Of a stretch of 32,000 nucleotides of DNA, positions 31,798-32,000 are shown one piece after another. Location of the stretch: positions 124,187 to 156,186 of the forward strand of contig JAPLKZ010000007.1 of the NCBI GenBank assembly GCA_026387835.1, given 5' to 3'. Both the position numbers and the translations under genes were made by a program. The notes under the pieces were generated by a model. The model saw only the letters and a list, made by a program, of their open reading frames with translations. It was not told where the DNA came from and made no database searches. Position 1 is the stretch's first letter. Each line of letters begins with the position of its first letter. The stretch is from Candidatus Saganbacteria bacterium. GTDB lineage: Bacteria > Margulisbacteria > WOR-1 > JAKLHX01.

Positions 31798-32000
31798 ATG
31801 AAGAAATTATTATTAGCATTGACTATTATGATTGTCATCGCATCCGTTGCAGGCGCCCAAGTGCTTCTAACGGCAAACCCTATGGGCCAAGGCAAAATGG
31901 GTTGGTTGGGAGCTGCCGAATATGACATGAACTCGCTTGCAAACGATAATCTGTATGGAGTTGGTGGATTTCTCGGATACGGTATAACTAACACCCTTGA
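31798..32000 (+). CDS. Small secreted protein, 3'-truncated by the window edge
   Basis: ATG at 31798 preceded by GGGGAGGTGA. MKKLLLALTIMIVIASVAGAQ signal peptide, then a Gly-rich sequence. Open to the end of the window, so absent from the ORF track. Confidence 0.6.
   Translation, partial: MKKLLLALTIMIVIASVAGAQVLLTANPMGQGKMGWLGAAEYDMNSLANDNLYGVGGFLGYGITNTL

Overview
This 32-kb window comes from a roughly 45% GC diderm-type bacterium whose lineage cannot be assigned from sequence alone. It mixes housekeeping blocks with two recombinase-associated accessory regions that sit next to tRNA genes.

Housekeeping content:
- mutS 3' end, a nucleotide-sugar dehydrogenase and a secreted CX5R phosphatase.
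- A complete Pho regulon: phoB-like, phoR-like, a porin, pstSCAB, phoU and an AhpD-like gene.
- An MFS transporter, a PPi-type phosphofructokinase and a GT9-like glycosyltransferase.
- An arsenic/thiol-redox cluster: DUF134 regulator, ACR3, ArsM, an ArsP-like permease, a thioredoxin and CcdA.
- secG and small envelope proteins.

Accessory region 1 (about 2234-4975) abuts the 3' end of tRNA-Ile(GAU).
- It encodes a large serine recombinase, an 86-codon Cys-rich ORF and a DprA/SLOG-like ORF.
- The DprA-like ORF, together with a leader closed by a 20-bp helix, is extremely adenine-poor on the coding strand. The protein has no lysine, and all three frames on that strand are open over large parts of the block.
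- The region is bounded by inverted copies of CCATTTTAG, placed exactly at homology breakpoints.

Accessory region 2 (13859-21825) abuts tRNA-Ala(UGC).
- It begins with a truncated copy of the same recombinase.
- It then carries Phd/RelE and MNT/HEPN toxin-antitoxin pairs, a patatin-like phospholipase, and ORF6N, AlbA_2/Schlafen-like, PRiA4-like and Bro-N/DinD-like genes.
- These are arranged as cassettes separated by patatin gene fragments, GCAGT heptad arrays and a GC-rich repeat family.

The two recombinase copies form direct repeats of about 700 bp that bracket the whole Pho regulon. A 45-bp perfect inverted repeat (promoter plus hairpin) also flanks that regulon, facing outward.

All calls rest on motif-level reading of the ORF translations and manual inspection. 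No database search was possible.
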